From: a virus
Taxonomy: Duplodnaviria; Caudoviricetes
Strand: one strand, 5' to 3'
DNA: 48,866 nucleotides
IMG/VR virus record: IMGVR_UViG_3300049170_000045
Location: 1-48,866 of that record
The notes under the pieces are model-generated. The model saw nothing but the letters and a program-made list of their open reading frames with translations. It was not told where the DNA came from and did not search any database. Shown in pieces: positions 27,042 through 35,905 of the stretch. The stretch's first letter is position 1. Each line of letters opens with the position of its first letter. The translations under genes and the position numbers were made by a program.

Positions 27042-27635
27042 TCAGTGGCCCCGTGCGAGGCCCTGCTTCATGAAGTCGGCGAACACAGCCGCCGGATCGT
27101 TGGGGGTGCGGTTGCCGTTGCCCGAGGAACCCTGCGTGCGGTCTGCTCGTGGGGCGCGCGGGGAGGTGTCGGCAGGCTTGGCGAGGTGCGGCTTGCGCTT
27201 GAGCAGGTCCGCCAGTTCGCGGTTGATGCCGTCCGTGTCGATGTCACCGTCGTCGCCGACGAAGGCGCCGAGGTCGAGGAAGGCGTGCGCGTCGTCCGGG
27301 TCGGCGAACTCGGCCGCCGCCAGGGCCCGCACCTCAGAGCGCACCGCACGCTGCTGAACCGAATTGATCCGGTCCTGTGCCGCGGTGAGCTGTTCGGTCA
27401 ATCGCTCCTGCTCGGACTTCTGGGCGTCCTCCAGCTCCTTCGCCTTCCTGGCGAGGGGCTCCAGTTCGCCGGCCTTAGTGCGGTACTTGGCCGCTTCCCG
27501 GCGCAGCTTCTCGATCTCCTTGCGTGCGGCGTCCGGGTCTGTCCACGGATCCGTCTTCGCCTGCTCCGCCTCCGGGGCGGTCTCGGGCCGCTTCGGTTCC
27601 GTCTCGACCTGCTCGGTCTCCTCGTTTTCGGGCAT
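27042..27635 (-). CDS. Scaffolding protein
   Basis: Acidic N-terminus, LRREAAKYR, coiled coil, KPHLAK. Confidence 0.85.
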   Translation of the reverse strand: MPENEETEQVETEPKRPETAPEAEQAKTDPWTDPDAARKEIEKLRREAAKYRTKAGELEPLARKAKELEDAQKSEQERLTEQLTAAQDRINSVQQRAVRSEVRALAAAEFADPDDAHAFLDLGAFVGDDGDIDTDGINRELADLLKRKPHLAKPADTSPRAPRADRTQGSSGNGNRTPNDPAAVFADFMKQGLARGH

Positions 27636-27689
27636 GGTGACGTGGCCCTCCAGGGGCTGAGAGAGGCCGCCACCGGGACGGCCACGGGT

Positions 27690-28502
27690 TTACAGAGCGG
27701 GCATGTGCCCGTGCTCAATGAGCGCCCGCCGGAAGCGGGACAGTTGATCGCCCGAGTGCGGCGCGGCGAACTCCTTGTACAGCCGCTCCCACTCGCGCGC
27801 GTGATCGGACAGCTCGAAACGCTGTCCTCGGAACACCGGAACGATCCCGCAGTGGCAGTTGTCGTGGAACTTCACGACGCTCGCGTCTCCGGAGAACTTG
27901 CTGTCGATGTCGCGTCCAGCAGACCCGGCGTCCTTGTATCGCATCCCCCGGGTCGCCATGAGCTTGCAGAACGCACACGCGGCCAGGGCCGCCACTCGCG
28001 CGTATCCGAGGGCCTCACGGTCCCGCCGCACCGCCTCCCGGGCGGTACCTCGGCCCTGATCGGCGACAAGCTTCTGGACGACGGCCTCGGCCTTCTTCTC
28101 CGCCTGCACGAGCCTCACATCGAGTGGCTCGCGCTGAGCGTCCGTGGTTCGCGGATCCTCCGGATCCCGATCCCACAAGTCCTTCGTCGCCCACCGCAGC
28201 GAGGCATCGGCCTGCTCGCCAGGCGGCGGGTCCAGCAGCGGCACCGTGAAGCGGCCCGTCACCCGGGCCGCCACCCGCTGGGCGTCGTAGTAGTCAGCCG
28301 CCAGCGACGCGGAGGCGTCCCCGTACTGGCCGACCAGCGCGCGCACGGCAGCAATCCAGTCCGGCACCGACTCCTGCAGCCGCGACGGAATGATCAATCG
28401 CCGGAAGCCACGCATATCTCGCACCAGTAGCCGAGTCAGAGCCGACTGGGCCCGACGCTGCCGGGCCGCCGACTCGTCACCGTCAGAGACCGCCGTCGTC
28501 AT
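27690..28502 (-). CDS. MuF-like minor head protein
   Basis: YARV...CAFCKLMATRG...FHDNCHCGIVPV. Confidence 0.8.
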   Translation of the reverse strand: MTTAVSDGDESAARQRRAQSALTRLLVRDMRGFRRLIIPSRLQESVPDWIAAVRALVGQYGDASASLAADYYDAQRVAARVTGRFTVPLLDPPPGEQADASLRWATKDLWDRDPEDPRTTDAQREPLDVRLVQAEKKAEAVVQKLVADQGRGTAREAVRRDREALGYARVAALAACAFCKLMATRGMRYKDAGSAGRDIDSKFSGDASVVKFHDNCHCGIVPVFRGQRFELSDHAREWERLYKEFAAPHSGDQLSRFRRALIEHGHMPAL

Positions 28503-29886
28503 CAGGTGCCTCCGGCGCCCGACCGCCGTCCGCCTGCGTCAACCGCTCCAGGAGCTGCTTGCCCCGAGCCCGGCGGCGCTCGGCATCCGCTCGCCGGCGC
28601 TGGTCTTCCGACAGGCCGACCAGCTCCAGGACGACATCGGAGTCCGGTGCCAGAATCTGCGCCTGCACCAACTTCACCGCGGCGTCGGTCTGCGCCGCGA
28701 CGGTCGGAGTCGCCGGATTACGCCAGACGCATTCGATACGCCGCGACCTGTCCGGCGGTTCGCCGTCGCGGAACCAGAGCGCGAGCCGCATCGCATCGCG
28801 GTGCGTCGCCGAGAAGCGCCTGATGCGCCGTTCCGCCTTCTTGATCTGCCCGTTGTCCGCGAAGCGGATCGCATCCGCGCTCGCAGGGTTGTCGCTCGTA
28901 TAGCCGAGCACGTGAGGAGCCACCGACAGCTGCGACGCCATGATCCGGGCGTACAGGTCGATGATCTTCGTCTGGCCGGACGGGTCATGCGCGGCGAACT
29001 GCCCCACCGTGGGCACTTCCCCGTTCTCGTCCCGCTCCAGTGCCAGCACCCGGCCGATGTAGGTCTCCCAAGCCGACTTGGCGTTGCCCTCGGCGTCCTG
29101 GAAGGCACTCTCCGACACCCCGAGGATGTACCGCTGCGGCGCCTGGAAGAACTCGGCACCCACCTCGATACCCATTAGGCGCCGACAAGCCGCATCCGTG
29201 ATGGACATGACCTCAGGCGTGATCTCCGACTTGCCGATGCGGTCCGCGGTGCGCTGACGGTTCGCCATCCGCAGCACCGGCACCATGCCCAGGTTGTGGA
29301 TATCCCGGTCAAAGACCTCCCAGCCGCCACGCGCTTCGGCGGCGTACACGGTTTGGTCTGGTAGGTACAGGGTGACGATCCGTACCTCGTCCTCGACCGA
29401 CTCGCGCAGAGCCGCCGTCGCCAAACGAAGCCGGGCATCCCAGAACATCGTCATGTCCAACGGCGACTCGAACGTGATCAACGGCGGATCGCCCGCCTCG
29501 CCCGAGCCGACCGACACGTACTCACGGCCATAAGTCAGAGCGTCCAGATGCGCCAGACTCGCCTCGTCATACAGATCGTTCGACTCGGCGATCTCCTCCA
29601 GATCGGACGAGTCCGAGCCATCCGCCCAGCGGAACGCCTCCAGATCCAGGCGCTGCTCCAGCGACTCGACACCGATACGCGGCCAGCCAATCACCGTATG
29701 GAGGCCCTTGAGCTGTGGCGGAATCGAGATCCCCAGGTCACGGACGAGCTGCTCACCGTTGAAGTACGCGTCCAAGAGCTCCAGCTTGAACCGCTGCTCC
29801 AGCAGGTCCGTCCGCAGTGCCGTAAGCAGTTGCGTCTCGTCGCCCGACAGCGACAGAAGCGGCAGCTCGGGGATGGTCGCAGTCAT
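28483..29886 (-). CDS. Portal protein (SPP1 gp6-like)
   Basis: GWPRIGVESLEQRL, GKSEIT, AEFFQAPQR, NPASADAI. Confidence 0.92.
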   Translation of the reverse strand: MTATIPELPLLSLSGDETQLLTALRTDLLEQRFKLELLDAYFNGEQLVRDLGISIPPQLKGLHTVIGWPRIGVESLEQRLDLEAFRWADGSDSSDLEEIAESNDLYDEASLAHLDALTYGREYVSVGSGEAGDPPLITFESPLDMTMFWDARLRLATAALRESVEDEVRIVTLYLPDQTVYAAEARGGWEVFDRDIHNLGMVPVLRMANRQRTADRIGKSEITPEVMSITDAACRRLMGIEVGAEFFQAPQRYILGVSESAFQDAEGNAKSAWETYIGRVLALERDENGEVPTVGQFAAHDPSGQTKIIDLYARIMASQLSVAPHVLGYTSDNPASADAIRFADNGQIKKAERRIRRFSATHRDAMRLALWFRDGEPPDRSRRIECVWRNPATPTVAAQTDAAVKLVQAQILAPDSDVVLELVGLSEDQRRRADAERRRARGKQLLERLTQADGGRAPEAPDDDGGL

Positions 29887-31516
29887 CGAAGCACCACCAC
29901 CCTCCCGGAGCGCGTCTTCTTCTTGCCCAGCCCCTTGGCCAGCGCGTCCACACGGCACTGCCAGGCGAGCACAGCCGCCACCGCAGCGTCGATCTTGCGA
30001 GGCGACTCCGGATGCTCCTTGGCGATCTGGATCCCGGAGCGTGATTCACGGCGCCGGGCATTCAGGATGTGCCTCGTCAGCACGCTCGATCCGTCATGCG
30101 TCAACTCACCGTCGACCACCGACGACCGGAACTTCTCCAGCGCCCGCACGATCAGGTTCGACCGGCCGCCCGTCATCCACCACTCGATCGGATGCTGAGT
30201 CGTCGCCTTTACCTTCAGCCGGCGCCCATGCCTGGCCTCCCATGTGGCAACGTGCGACTCCCACTTCGCGGGGTCCGCGTACATCCCCACCACCCGGTAG
30301 GCCTTGAACGCGTCCTCCACTGCGGCCAGCACCTCCACCGTCGGCACCTGCCAGTCCACACCGAACGGGCCGTCCGGTTGCTCCCAGCAACCCAGCAGGA
30401 ACAGGTGCCCATCGCTCACCCGGCAACCAACGAACGCCGTCGCATCCGTCACCCCGCGCGAACGACGGCGAGATCCGTCGAAGCCGAGCACGATCTCCTC
30501 ACCATCGCTCACCACCTTCTCGGCCGCCGCTACACCAGCCCACTCCAGCTGCGAAATCCACGAGTCCGAAGCGTGAGTGATCTGGTTGAGATAGAAACGC
30601 CTGGCGTCCTGCGGATGGGTCGCCGGATCCCACACCTCCGCAGCGATGCGCTCCAGATCCACCCAGCCGCCGGCCACATCAGCAGAGTCGCCGTACACGT
30701 ACCGCAAGCCCGCCAGCAGCGACTCGCGGTCCGCCATGTCCGTTCCGGCATCCGCCTCGCGGTGGTCGTACAGCAGGCCATCATCCTTAGCCCGGCCCTC
30801 GGCGATCCGCTTCCAGTACTCCGCCGAGTCCTCCGCCACGCTGCCCTCGCCAGGAAGGTAAGCGTTCGGCGACTCGATCGAGCTGCCGTTCGTCTTGCCG
30901 AGGTTCCGGCGCAACGTGGCGGCCAGCTTCACGCCCCCGTTCGACGGCCGCCACTCCTCCGTCTGGTCCAGCACACAGAACACGGGCCTGTTGCCCTCAC
31001 GGGACGTAGCCGCCGACGTCACGAACTCGATCCGCCCCTTCGGCAGGTTCACGAACGTATCCAGCGGCTCCAGGCCCGGATACTCGTCGACCGCTGGCCC
31101 CTCGCGGAGCATCTCCAGCAACGGCGCCCACGCATTCCGCGTCTGATCCTCACTCACCGCCGCCAGCTGCACCCACGGCGTTCGCAGGTCTCCCCACGGA
31201 CGCCCGACGGGCTCGCCGTCTGCATCCCAGCCGTCCGGGACAACCGGGGCCAGCGCCTCAGCGCAAGCGATGGCGGCGAGCACCGGGCTTTTCCCCAGCC
31301 CTTCGGGCGGGACAGCACCCCGCGCCGATACCTCCTCCTGCCCGTGCGCGGATCGATCGCATAGAAGTTCAGGATGAACTGCGCCTGCTCCCGCGTCAGC
31401 ACGAGCGGCTCGAAGTCCGTGCGGTCTGGAGCGGCAAGCATCTCGCCCATCCAGTCCAGAACCGCGTAGCCGAGCGTTGGCAACTCTCCCGGATAGCTAG
31501 GACCCCGCCACGGCAT
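29883..31516 (-). CDS. terL: Terminase large subunit, needs a -1 frameshift at 31295-31289
   Basis: 76 codons ending RPKGWGK, then SPVLAAI... in the -1 frame; Walker B VLDQTE; nuclease LGFDGS...DAT, KIDAAVA. Confidence 0.9.
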
Positions 31517-31976
31517 CGCCACCCCCAGGGAGAACCTTGAGATCCGCGTACCGCTGCTTCGACGAGCCGGCGGAAGAGCGCTTCGAGTCCGCCTCGTCGG
31601 CCTGGGCGAACTGCATCCGCAGCCGGGCCCGGTCCTCCGGGGTGGCGCCGAACTTGGCGACCCGCAACCGCAACTCGGCCGCTGCGGACATCTCCCCCGA
31701 CCACAGCCGGGCGTGAACCACGGCCGTGTCGAGCAGGAAGTCCCAGTCGGTCGATGAGAAGTGCTCCGCCTGAGGCGACGCCTTCCACATCTCCCACCAG
31801 TCCAGCGTGCGGGCCGGCCACGAGTGCTCAACCAACTCGCCGTCTTTCATCACCTGGAGCGTGGGCAGCTCGGGGGGTTCGGCCTGCTCGAAGCGCAGCA
31901 GGGTCTGCGGGACCGGATCCTTGTTGGCCCTCGCCCGGCGGGCTGAGTCCTTGGGCTGCGGTCCACGGCCAGCCAT
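31497..31976 (-). CDS. terS: Terminase small subunit
   Basis: MAGRGPQPK, WWEMW..SPQA, ELRLRVAKFGATPEDRARLR. Confidence 0.88.
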   Translation of the reverse strand: MAGRGPQPKDSARRARANKDPVPQTLLRFEQAEPPELPTLQVMKDGELVEHSWPARTLDWWEMWKASPQAEHFSSTDWDFLLDTAVVHARLWSGEMSAAAELRLRVAKFGATPEDRARLRMQFAQADEADSKRSSAGSSKQRYADLKVLPGGGDAVAGS

Positions 31977-31999
31977 GGCGACCACCACCCTTCAAGATC

Positions 32000-32082
32000 C
32001 AAAGTCCCCAGTCCCGTAGCCACAGACGCCGCGTATACGGCTCCGATCCCTGGAGATCGCGGGGAGGGGGTATCCCCCCGGG
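32000..32082 (-). other. Candidate cos (cohesive end) region
   Basis: Non-coding gap between the HNH cluster and terS containing GGGGGGATACCCCCTCCCC then CGGAGCCGTAT. Confidence 0.45.
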
Positions 32083-32286
32083 TCAGCCGCACCAACGTCC
32101 GAAGTCGATCTCCTCTGTCTTGATCGCAGCGGCTGCGAGGGCTCGCGCGCGTGGATCTTGAGACGTCGCAGCGATGACCTTGAGCACGTCGCAGTGAAGA
32201 GCGTCTTCGAGTCCATGAGCTCGCTCGTCATCGGTCACGACTTTGGCGATCTCTTTGACACGGTCTTGTACGAGGGAGACGTCCAT
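32083..32286 (-). CDS. Small hypothetical phage protein
   Basis: GGAGG RBS; DDERAHGLEDAL...FGRWC. Confidence 0.7.
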   Translation of the reverse strand: MDVSLVQDRVKEIAKVVTDDERAHGLEDALHCDVLKVIAATSQDPRARALAAAAIKTEEIDFGRWCG

Positions 32287-32305
32287 ATCTGCCTCCCTCT
32301 GCGCC

Positions 32306-32500
32306 CTACCGCCTGCGCCTGCCGGCGTTGCCCCTGCTTCCCGTCGCCACGCCCGTGCTGCGTATGTGGAGGAGCTGGCGTGTGCACCTGACCCAGTCGC
32401 CGGGTGTGCCCCATCGGATGCGGCTTGCTCCAGCTCCGCTGGACCAGTACCTGCGCAGCGTGGAGGCGTTGCCTCGGCTTCCTCGTCCTCTGCTGGCCAC
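32306..32500 (-). CDS. Small basic protein (YW...IRWGTPGD..RC)
   Basis: GAGGAG RBS, GTG 32500. Confidence 0.55.
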   Translation of the reverse strand: MASRGRGSRGNASTLRRYWSSGAGASRIRWGTPGDWVRCTRQLLHIRSTGVATGSRGNAGRRRR

Positions 32501-32505
32501 GTGGA

Positions 32506-32700
32506 TCACTCCTCGGGCTGCGTGTCCTCAGGGTCGACGCGGGTGATGGTGGCGCCCGTCTGTGCGGGTACGGCGATGCAGGCTCCGTGCTGGTCGGAGA
32601 GGACTGCCCAGCCATGGTCGATGGCGAGGCTGAGGTGCTCGTCCTCGACGAGTACATCCTCGCCTTGCCCCTTCGGATACTGGATCAAGAAGGTGGGCAC
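32506..32700 (-). CDS. Small hypothetical protein
   Basis: GAGGTG RBS; in operon. Confidence 0.6.
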   Translation of the reverse strand: MPTFLIQYPKGQGEDVLVEDEHLSLAIDHGWAVLSDQHGACIAVPAQTGATITRVDPEDTQPEE

Positions 32701-32704
32701 GTGC

Positions 32705-32998
32705 TCACCTCAGTCCGGGATGCTGCTCGGGCGGACGCTGCCGCGTGGGCCGGCTTGCCGCCTTTGCAGCGGCTGCTCCTTCGCGGGCGCTCTTCTGGTC
32801 GTGGCACGGCCCGCACACGCCTTGCAACCCGGTGTCGCTGTGGTCGTCGGTCTTGGCCACGATGTGGTCGCAGTGGGTCGAGGGTCGCACGCCGCACAGC
32901 TTGCAGATCGGGTCGCGTTCGAGGATGCGGGCCCGGATCTTCGCCCAGCCGGACGGCAGCCGTGCCTTGCGGTCCGAGCCCTGCCAACCGCCGCTCAT
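32705..32998 (-). CDS. Packaging-associated HNH endonuclease
   Basis: ILERDPICKLC...CDHIV...LQGVCGPCHDQKS; upstream of terS. Confidence 0.9.
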   Translation of the reverse strand: MSGGWQGSDRKARLPSGWAKIRARILERDPICKLCGVRPSTHCDHIVAKTDDHSDTGLQGVCGPCHDQKSAREGAAAAKAASRPTRQRPPEQHPGLR

Positions 32999-33207
32999 GG
33001 CTGATTAGCAGGGATCTGAACGGTCTCTTCGAAGATCAGCACGCCCCGGGCTCCGAGATGCTCGCGCATCCCCTCCCAGTCGTTGGGCTTCATGATCAGC
33101 TCCCCGTCAGGACCGGTCTCGGCTTCGTCGATCACGAGAACCCATGGCGTCACCATGTCGTCGCCGCGGTGTTCGGTGGGGAGTTCGAGTATCTGCAAGC
33201 GGGCCAT
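32995..33207 (-). CDS. Small hypothetical protein
   Basis: ATGA overlap with the HNH gene; MARLQILELP...PWVLVID. Confidence 0.65.
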   Translation of the reverse strand: MARLQILELPTEHRGDDMVTPWVLVIDEAETGPDGELIMKPNDWEGMREHLGARGVLIFEETVQIPANQP

Positions 33208-33234
33208 GGGCGCGGGCCTTCCGTGTCGTAGCGG

Positions 33235-33777
33235 TCAGGTGCGACGGCTCCACCACCACACGCCGAGCGTTTCGCCCCGCATCGACTGGACCTTCCCGCC
33301 GAGTTCGGCGAGGACGGAGTCCATGTCCTCGGCATCCCAGTGGTGGACGTGCTCCTCGTGCGGGTTGCCGTCGACTTCGCCCTGTGGCGCTTCGACGATC
33401 GGCAGCGAGACGAGCATGTTCCACGCCCCGGCAGTCTCGATGGTCTCCAGGAGGTTGACGGCGCTGCCGCGTGGCATGTGCTCCAGGACATCGCCAAGGA
33501 TGACGAGGTCTCGGTGAAAGAGGTGGTCCTCGCTCTCGCGGACGTCTTCGACGTGGATCTCGTCGTACATCTTCCGGGCCTTGGTCGTCTTCAGCCCGTA
33601 CTTGCGGATGTACGGCTTGTGGATCTCGATCGCCGTCCACCACACGCCCTCGTGCACGGGCCTGAACAGGCGCGCATAGGTGCCTTCACCGGGCCCGACG
33701 TCGGTCACCGTGTTCGGTAGGTGGAAGCGGAACCGTTCGAGGGACCAGTCCTTGCCCTCGATGATGCTGGTGGGCAT
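33235..33777 (-). CDS. Class I SAM-dependent methyltransferase
   Basis: VTDVGPGEGTY, AIEI, DLVILGDVLEH. Confidence 0.9.
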   Translation of the reverse strand: MPTSIIEGKDWSLERFRFHLPNTVTDVGPGEGTYARLFRPVHEGVWWTAIEIHKPYIRKYGLKTTKARKMYDEIHVEDVRESEDHLFHRDLVILGDVLEHMPRGSAVNLLETIETAGAWNMLVSLPIVEAPQGEVDGNPHEEHVHHWDAEDMDSVLAELGGKVQSMRGETLGVWWWSRRT

Positions 33778-33792
33778 GACGGTCTCCTCGAA

Positions 33793-34041
33793 CTATGCGG
33801 CCTCGGGCCGGTAGATGGCAGCGCGGGCGGGCAGAGGCGGGGTTGCTCCAGGGGCGAGGAGCTGTCCGGTCCATTCGTCCCGCTCGGCCTTGGGCAACTG
33901 GTGCACGTCGTAGCGCACGTTGCCCCGGCCGGCGCCGTAGCGCTGGATACGGCCTTCGTGTGCCCACCGCCGGATGGTGACTCCGGGTCGCCCGGACCAG
34001 TAGGCGGCAGCGGCTTCGTTGACGAGCGCGGGGACGGCCAT
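33793..34041 (-). CDS. MerR/Xis-like HTH protein heading the late operon
   Basis: EAAAAYWSGRPGVTIRRWAHEGRI...RYD; GGAGG RBS. Confidence 0.75.
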   Translation of the reverse strand: MAVPALVNEAAAAYWSGRPGVTIRRWAHEGRIQRYGAGRGNVRYDVHQLPKAERDEWTGQLLAPGATPPLPARAAIYRPEAA

Positions 34042-34062
34042 GGGCACCTCCGGGCAGCACAA

Positions 34063-34144
34063 AGGCCGCCGATTTCTCGGCGGCCTCAAGAGTCACAAAG
34101 GTCCAGTGAGACACACGTTACGTTCGCCCTGGTCCACTCGTCAA
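34063..34144 (-). promoter_or_regulatory. Candidate late promoter plus leader hairpin
   Basis: TTGACG (34144-34139)-N18-TAACGT (34120-34115); AGGCCGCCGA...TCGGCGGCCT hairpin at about 34063-34087. Confidence 0.6.
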
Positions 34145-34333
34145 CTAACGCCCCGCAGGCCGCACGTGGCAGTAGTGCCAGTCCGCGTCTTGGTGCGGCG
34201 CGACACCCCACATGCGGAGCACGTAGCGCGCCCCGCCGAGCTCCTGCTCGCCTGCTGGCCTGCCGTGCTCTCCGGTCGGCACAGTGACCTCCTGGCCGTC
34301 GAAAGGCCCGCCCTCAATCCCCACGGTCATCAT
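34145..34333 (-). CDS. Small hypothetical protein (GGPxDG motif)
   Basis: IEGGPFDGQEV...RY. Confidence 0.55.
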   Translation of the reverse strand: MMTVGIEGGPFDGQEVTVPTGEHGRPAGEQELGGARYVLRMWGVAPHQDADWHYCHVRPAGR

Positions 34334-34364
34334 GCGGGGATCAACGGCGGGCCGGGCGGGGCGG

Positions 34365-34595
34365 TTACGCAGCGGTCGGTATGGCGCCGCCACAAGTGTC
34401 GGCGTGATCCTCGGCCCAGCGGGCCTGGCGCAGGGTGACGGCCTCGGTGTCGGACGCGTCGGGAATCTCCTCGACGAGCGTGTGGCCGTGCGGGCAACGC
34501 GCGACAGCCACCACAGACAGGCTGACCGTTGACCTCTCCCCCACTAGGCGGGCACCAACAGGGAGTTCGACCGGGGCGGGCATCGTGACGGGCAC
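34365..34595 (-). CDS. Small Cys/His protein at the end of the transfer region
   Basis: AAGGAGG RBS, GTG 34595; RCPHGH...WAEDHADTC. Confidence 0.6.
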   Translation of the reverse strand: MPVTMPAPVELPVGARLVGERSTVSLSVVAVARCPHGHTLVEEIPDASDTEAVTLRQARWAEDHADTCGGAIPTAA

Positions 34596-34606
34596 GGGGG
34601 CCTCCT

Positions 34607-35062
34607 TCAGAGACGGGTGGAGCTGCGGCCCCACCAGCGGTTGATGTTGGTGACGTTGTAGGTGTCGCCGCCGTGCTTGCCCCCGAAGCGGGTGGCCAGG
34701 AGCAGCAGGGCAAGGACAAGGACCGCGCTGGAACCACTGAATGCGGCGATGCCCGCGGCGGCTTGGCCGAAGCCCCAGCCGATGCCAGCACCCGCGGCGC
34801 CAGCTCCGACGCCCGCGCCGCACAGACGGGCCGCGATTGGGTCGATGAGCGGCTGCGGGGTGAGGTCACGGGGCGGAGCAGGCTGCACGGCTTCAGGGGC
34901 CTGGGACTTGCGCATGGGGACCATCTCGCCGTAGGCGGACGGCACCCAAACGATCGGGTCACGTTCCGCGCGCAGCTCGACGAGACTGTCGTAGGTCTGG
35001 GGGTTCCGCTGCCCGGACGGGGCGGCGTAACGCTGGTACCGCTCAGGCAGCGGACTGGACAT
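34607..35062 (-). CDS. Spd-like membrane protein
   Basis: Pro-rich N-terminus, Gly-zipper TM pair, NVTNINRWWG tail; downstream of traB. Confidence 0.65.
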   Translation of the reverse strand: MSSPLPERYQRYAAPSGQRNPQTYDSLVELRAERDPIVWVPSAYGEMVPMRKSQAPEAVQPAPPRDLTPQPLIDPIAARLCGAGVGAGAAGAGIGWGFGQAAAGIAAFSGSSAVLVLALLLLATRFGGKHGGDTYNVTNINRWWGRSSTRL

Positions 35063-35080
35063 GACGGCCGGTCTCCTTGG

Positions 35081-35404
35081 TCAGTCGAGGAGGTGCTGAG
35101 GGAAGGGCTGGTTCTGCACGTTGCGGATGTCGGGGTCGATGAACCAGTGGATGGGGAAATACGGGAGCTGCAGTTCGAGGGCGATAACGGCCCGGTGGTG
35201 GCCCTCGTAGACGAAGACGAAGCCGTCCCGCTCGCGTACACCCAGGAGCAGGGGTTCGCGGATGCCGTCCTGTGGAGCCGAGGCCCGCAACTGGTCGAGG
35301 ATCCTCCGGTCACGCCTGTGGCGTTCGTGGTAGCGGCGGGCGCCAGCCCAGGTGGCGAACTCGGCGGGGCGGATCTGGCGGTCGTTGAGGTAGGCGGTGC
35401 GCAT
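35081..35404 (-). CDS. ParB/Sulfiredoxin N-terminal-like small protein
   Basis: LRAS...DGIREPLLL...VYEGHHR. Confidence 0.65.
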   Translation of the reverse strand: MRTAYLNDRQIRPAEFATWAGARRYHERHRRDRRILDQLRASAPQDGIREPLLLGVRERDGFVFVYEGHHRAVIALELQLPYFPIHWFIDPDIRNVQNQPFPQHLLD

Positions 35405-35439
35405 ACGGCCGCGCCAGCGCGTTGGGGAGGCGCTGGCGG

Positions 35440-35700
35440 TCACGGCTCTCCGGCGTTGTCGTAGTCGGCTGTCAGAGCGTCGACGGTGCGCTTGTCGTTG
35501 ATGCGCTCCACGACGGGCGCCAGATCGAGGCTGATCTTCAGACGGAGGGGTGTGGCCCGCTTCACGTCCCACTGCCCGTTCGCGTCGGGCGCGAGGGTCT
35601 CAATATGCGAGTCGATCAGCTTCTCGGCGGCGGAGAGAAGCTTCTCCGCGTCATAGACGGTGTCGGCCGTCCATTCGTAGCGGGGCGGGTCGAAGACCAT
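35440..35700 (-). CDS. Hypothetical protein
   Basis: AAGGAG RBS, ATG 35700. Confidence 0.65.
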   Translation of the reverse strand: MVFDPPRYEWTADTVYDAEKLLSAAEKLIDSHIETLAPDANGQWDVKRATPLRLKISLDLAPVVERINDKRTVDALTADYDNAGEP

Positions 35701-35735
35701 GCTGGGCTCCTTCAGTTTATGTAGGTTTGTCCTAA

Positions 35736-35905
35736 CTGACAGCAGAGAGGTGTCAGAAGGGGGTGTCAGTGGGGTGTCAGCTCGCGCGCGCACGCGCATT
35801 GACCTAAGGCGGGGCGGGGTGTCAGCGGTTCTGACACCCCCGCTGACACCTTGATCCACTGCCGACAGGCGTCAGTCGGGTGTCACCGCAGGTCAGAAGC
35901 GTCAG
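35736..35905. repeat. clt-like array of GGTGTCAG/CTGACACC 8-mers (candidate TraB recognition sites)
   Basis: Perfect copies at 35749, 35762, 35773, 35818, inverted at 35831 and 35843; near matches at 35736, 35868, 35879, 35898; directly 3' of traB. Confidence 0.8.

Noticed and set aside
29883-31283. TerL starting at GTG 31283 as a complete protein
   Set aside because: It would lack the Walker A motif, which lies upstream in another frame.
33235-33777. Methyltransferase as a restriction-modification DNA methylase
   Set aside because: No DPPY/NPPY or PC catalytic motif; short small-molecule or sugar methyltransferase-like layout.
35736-35905. Possible CRISPR array
   Set aside because: Repeats are only 8 bp, irregularly spaced and in both orientations; no cas genes. 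Better explained as clt.
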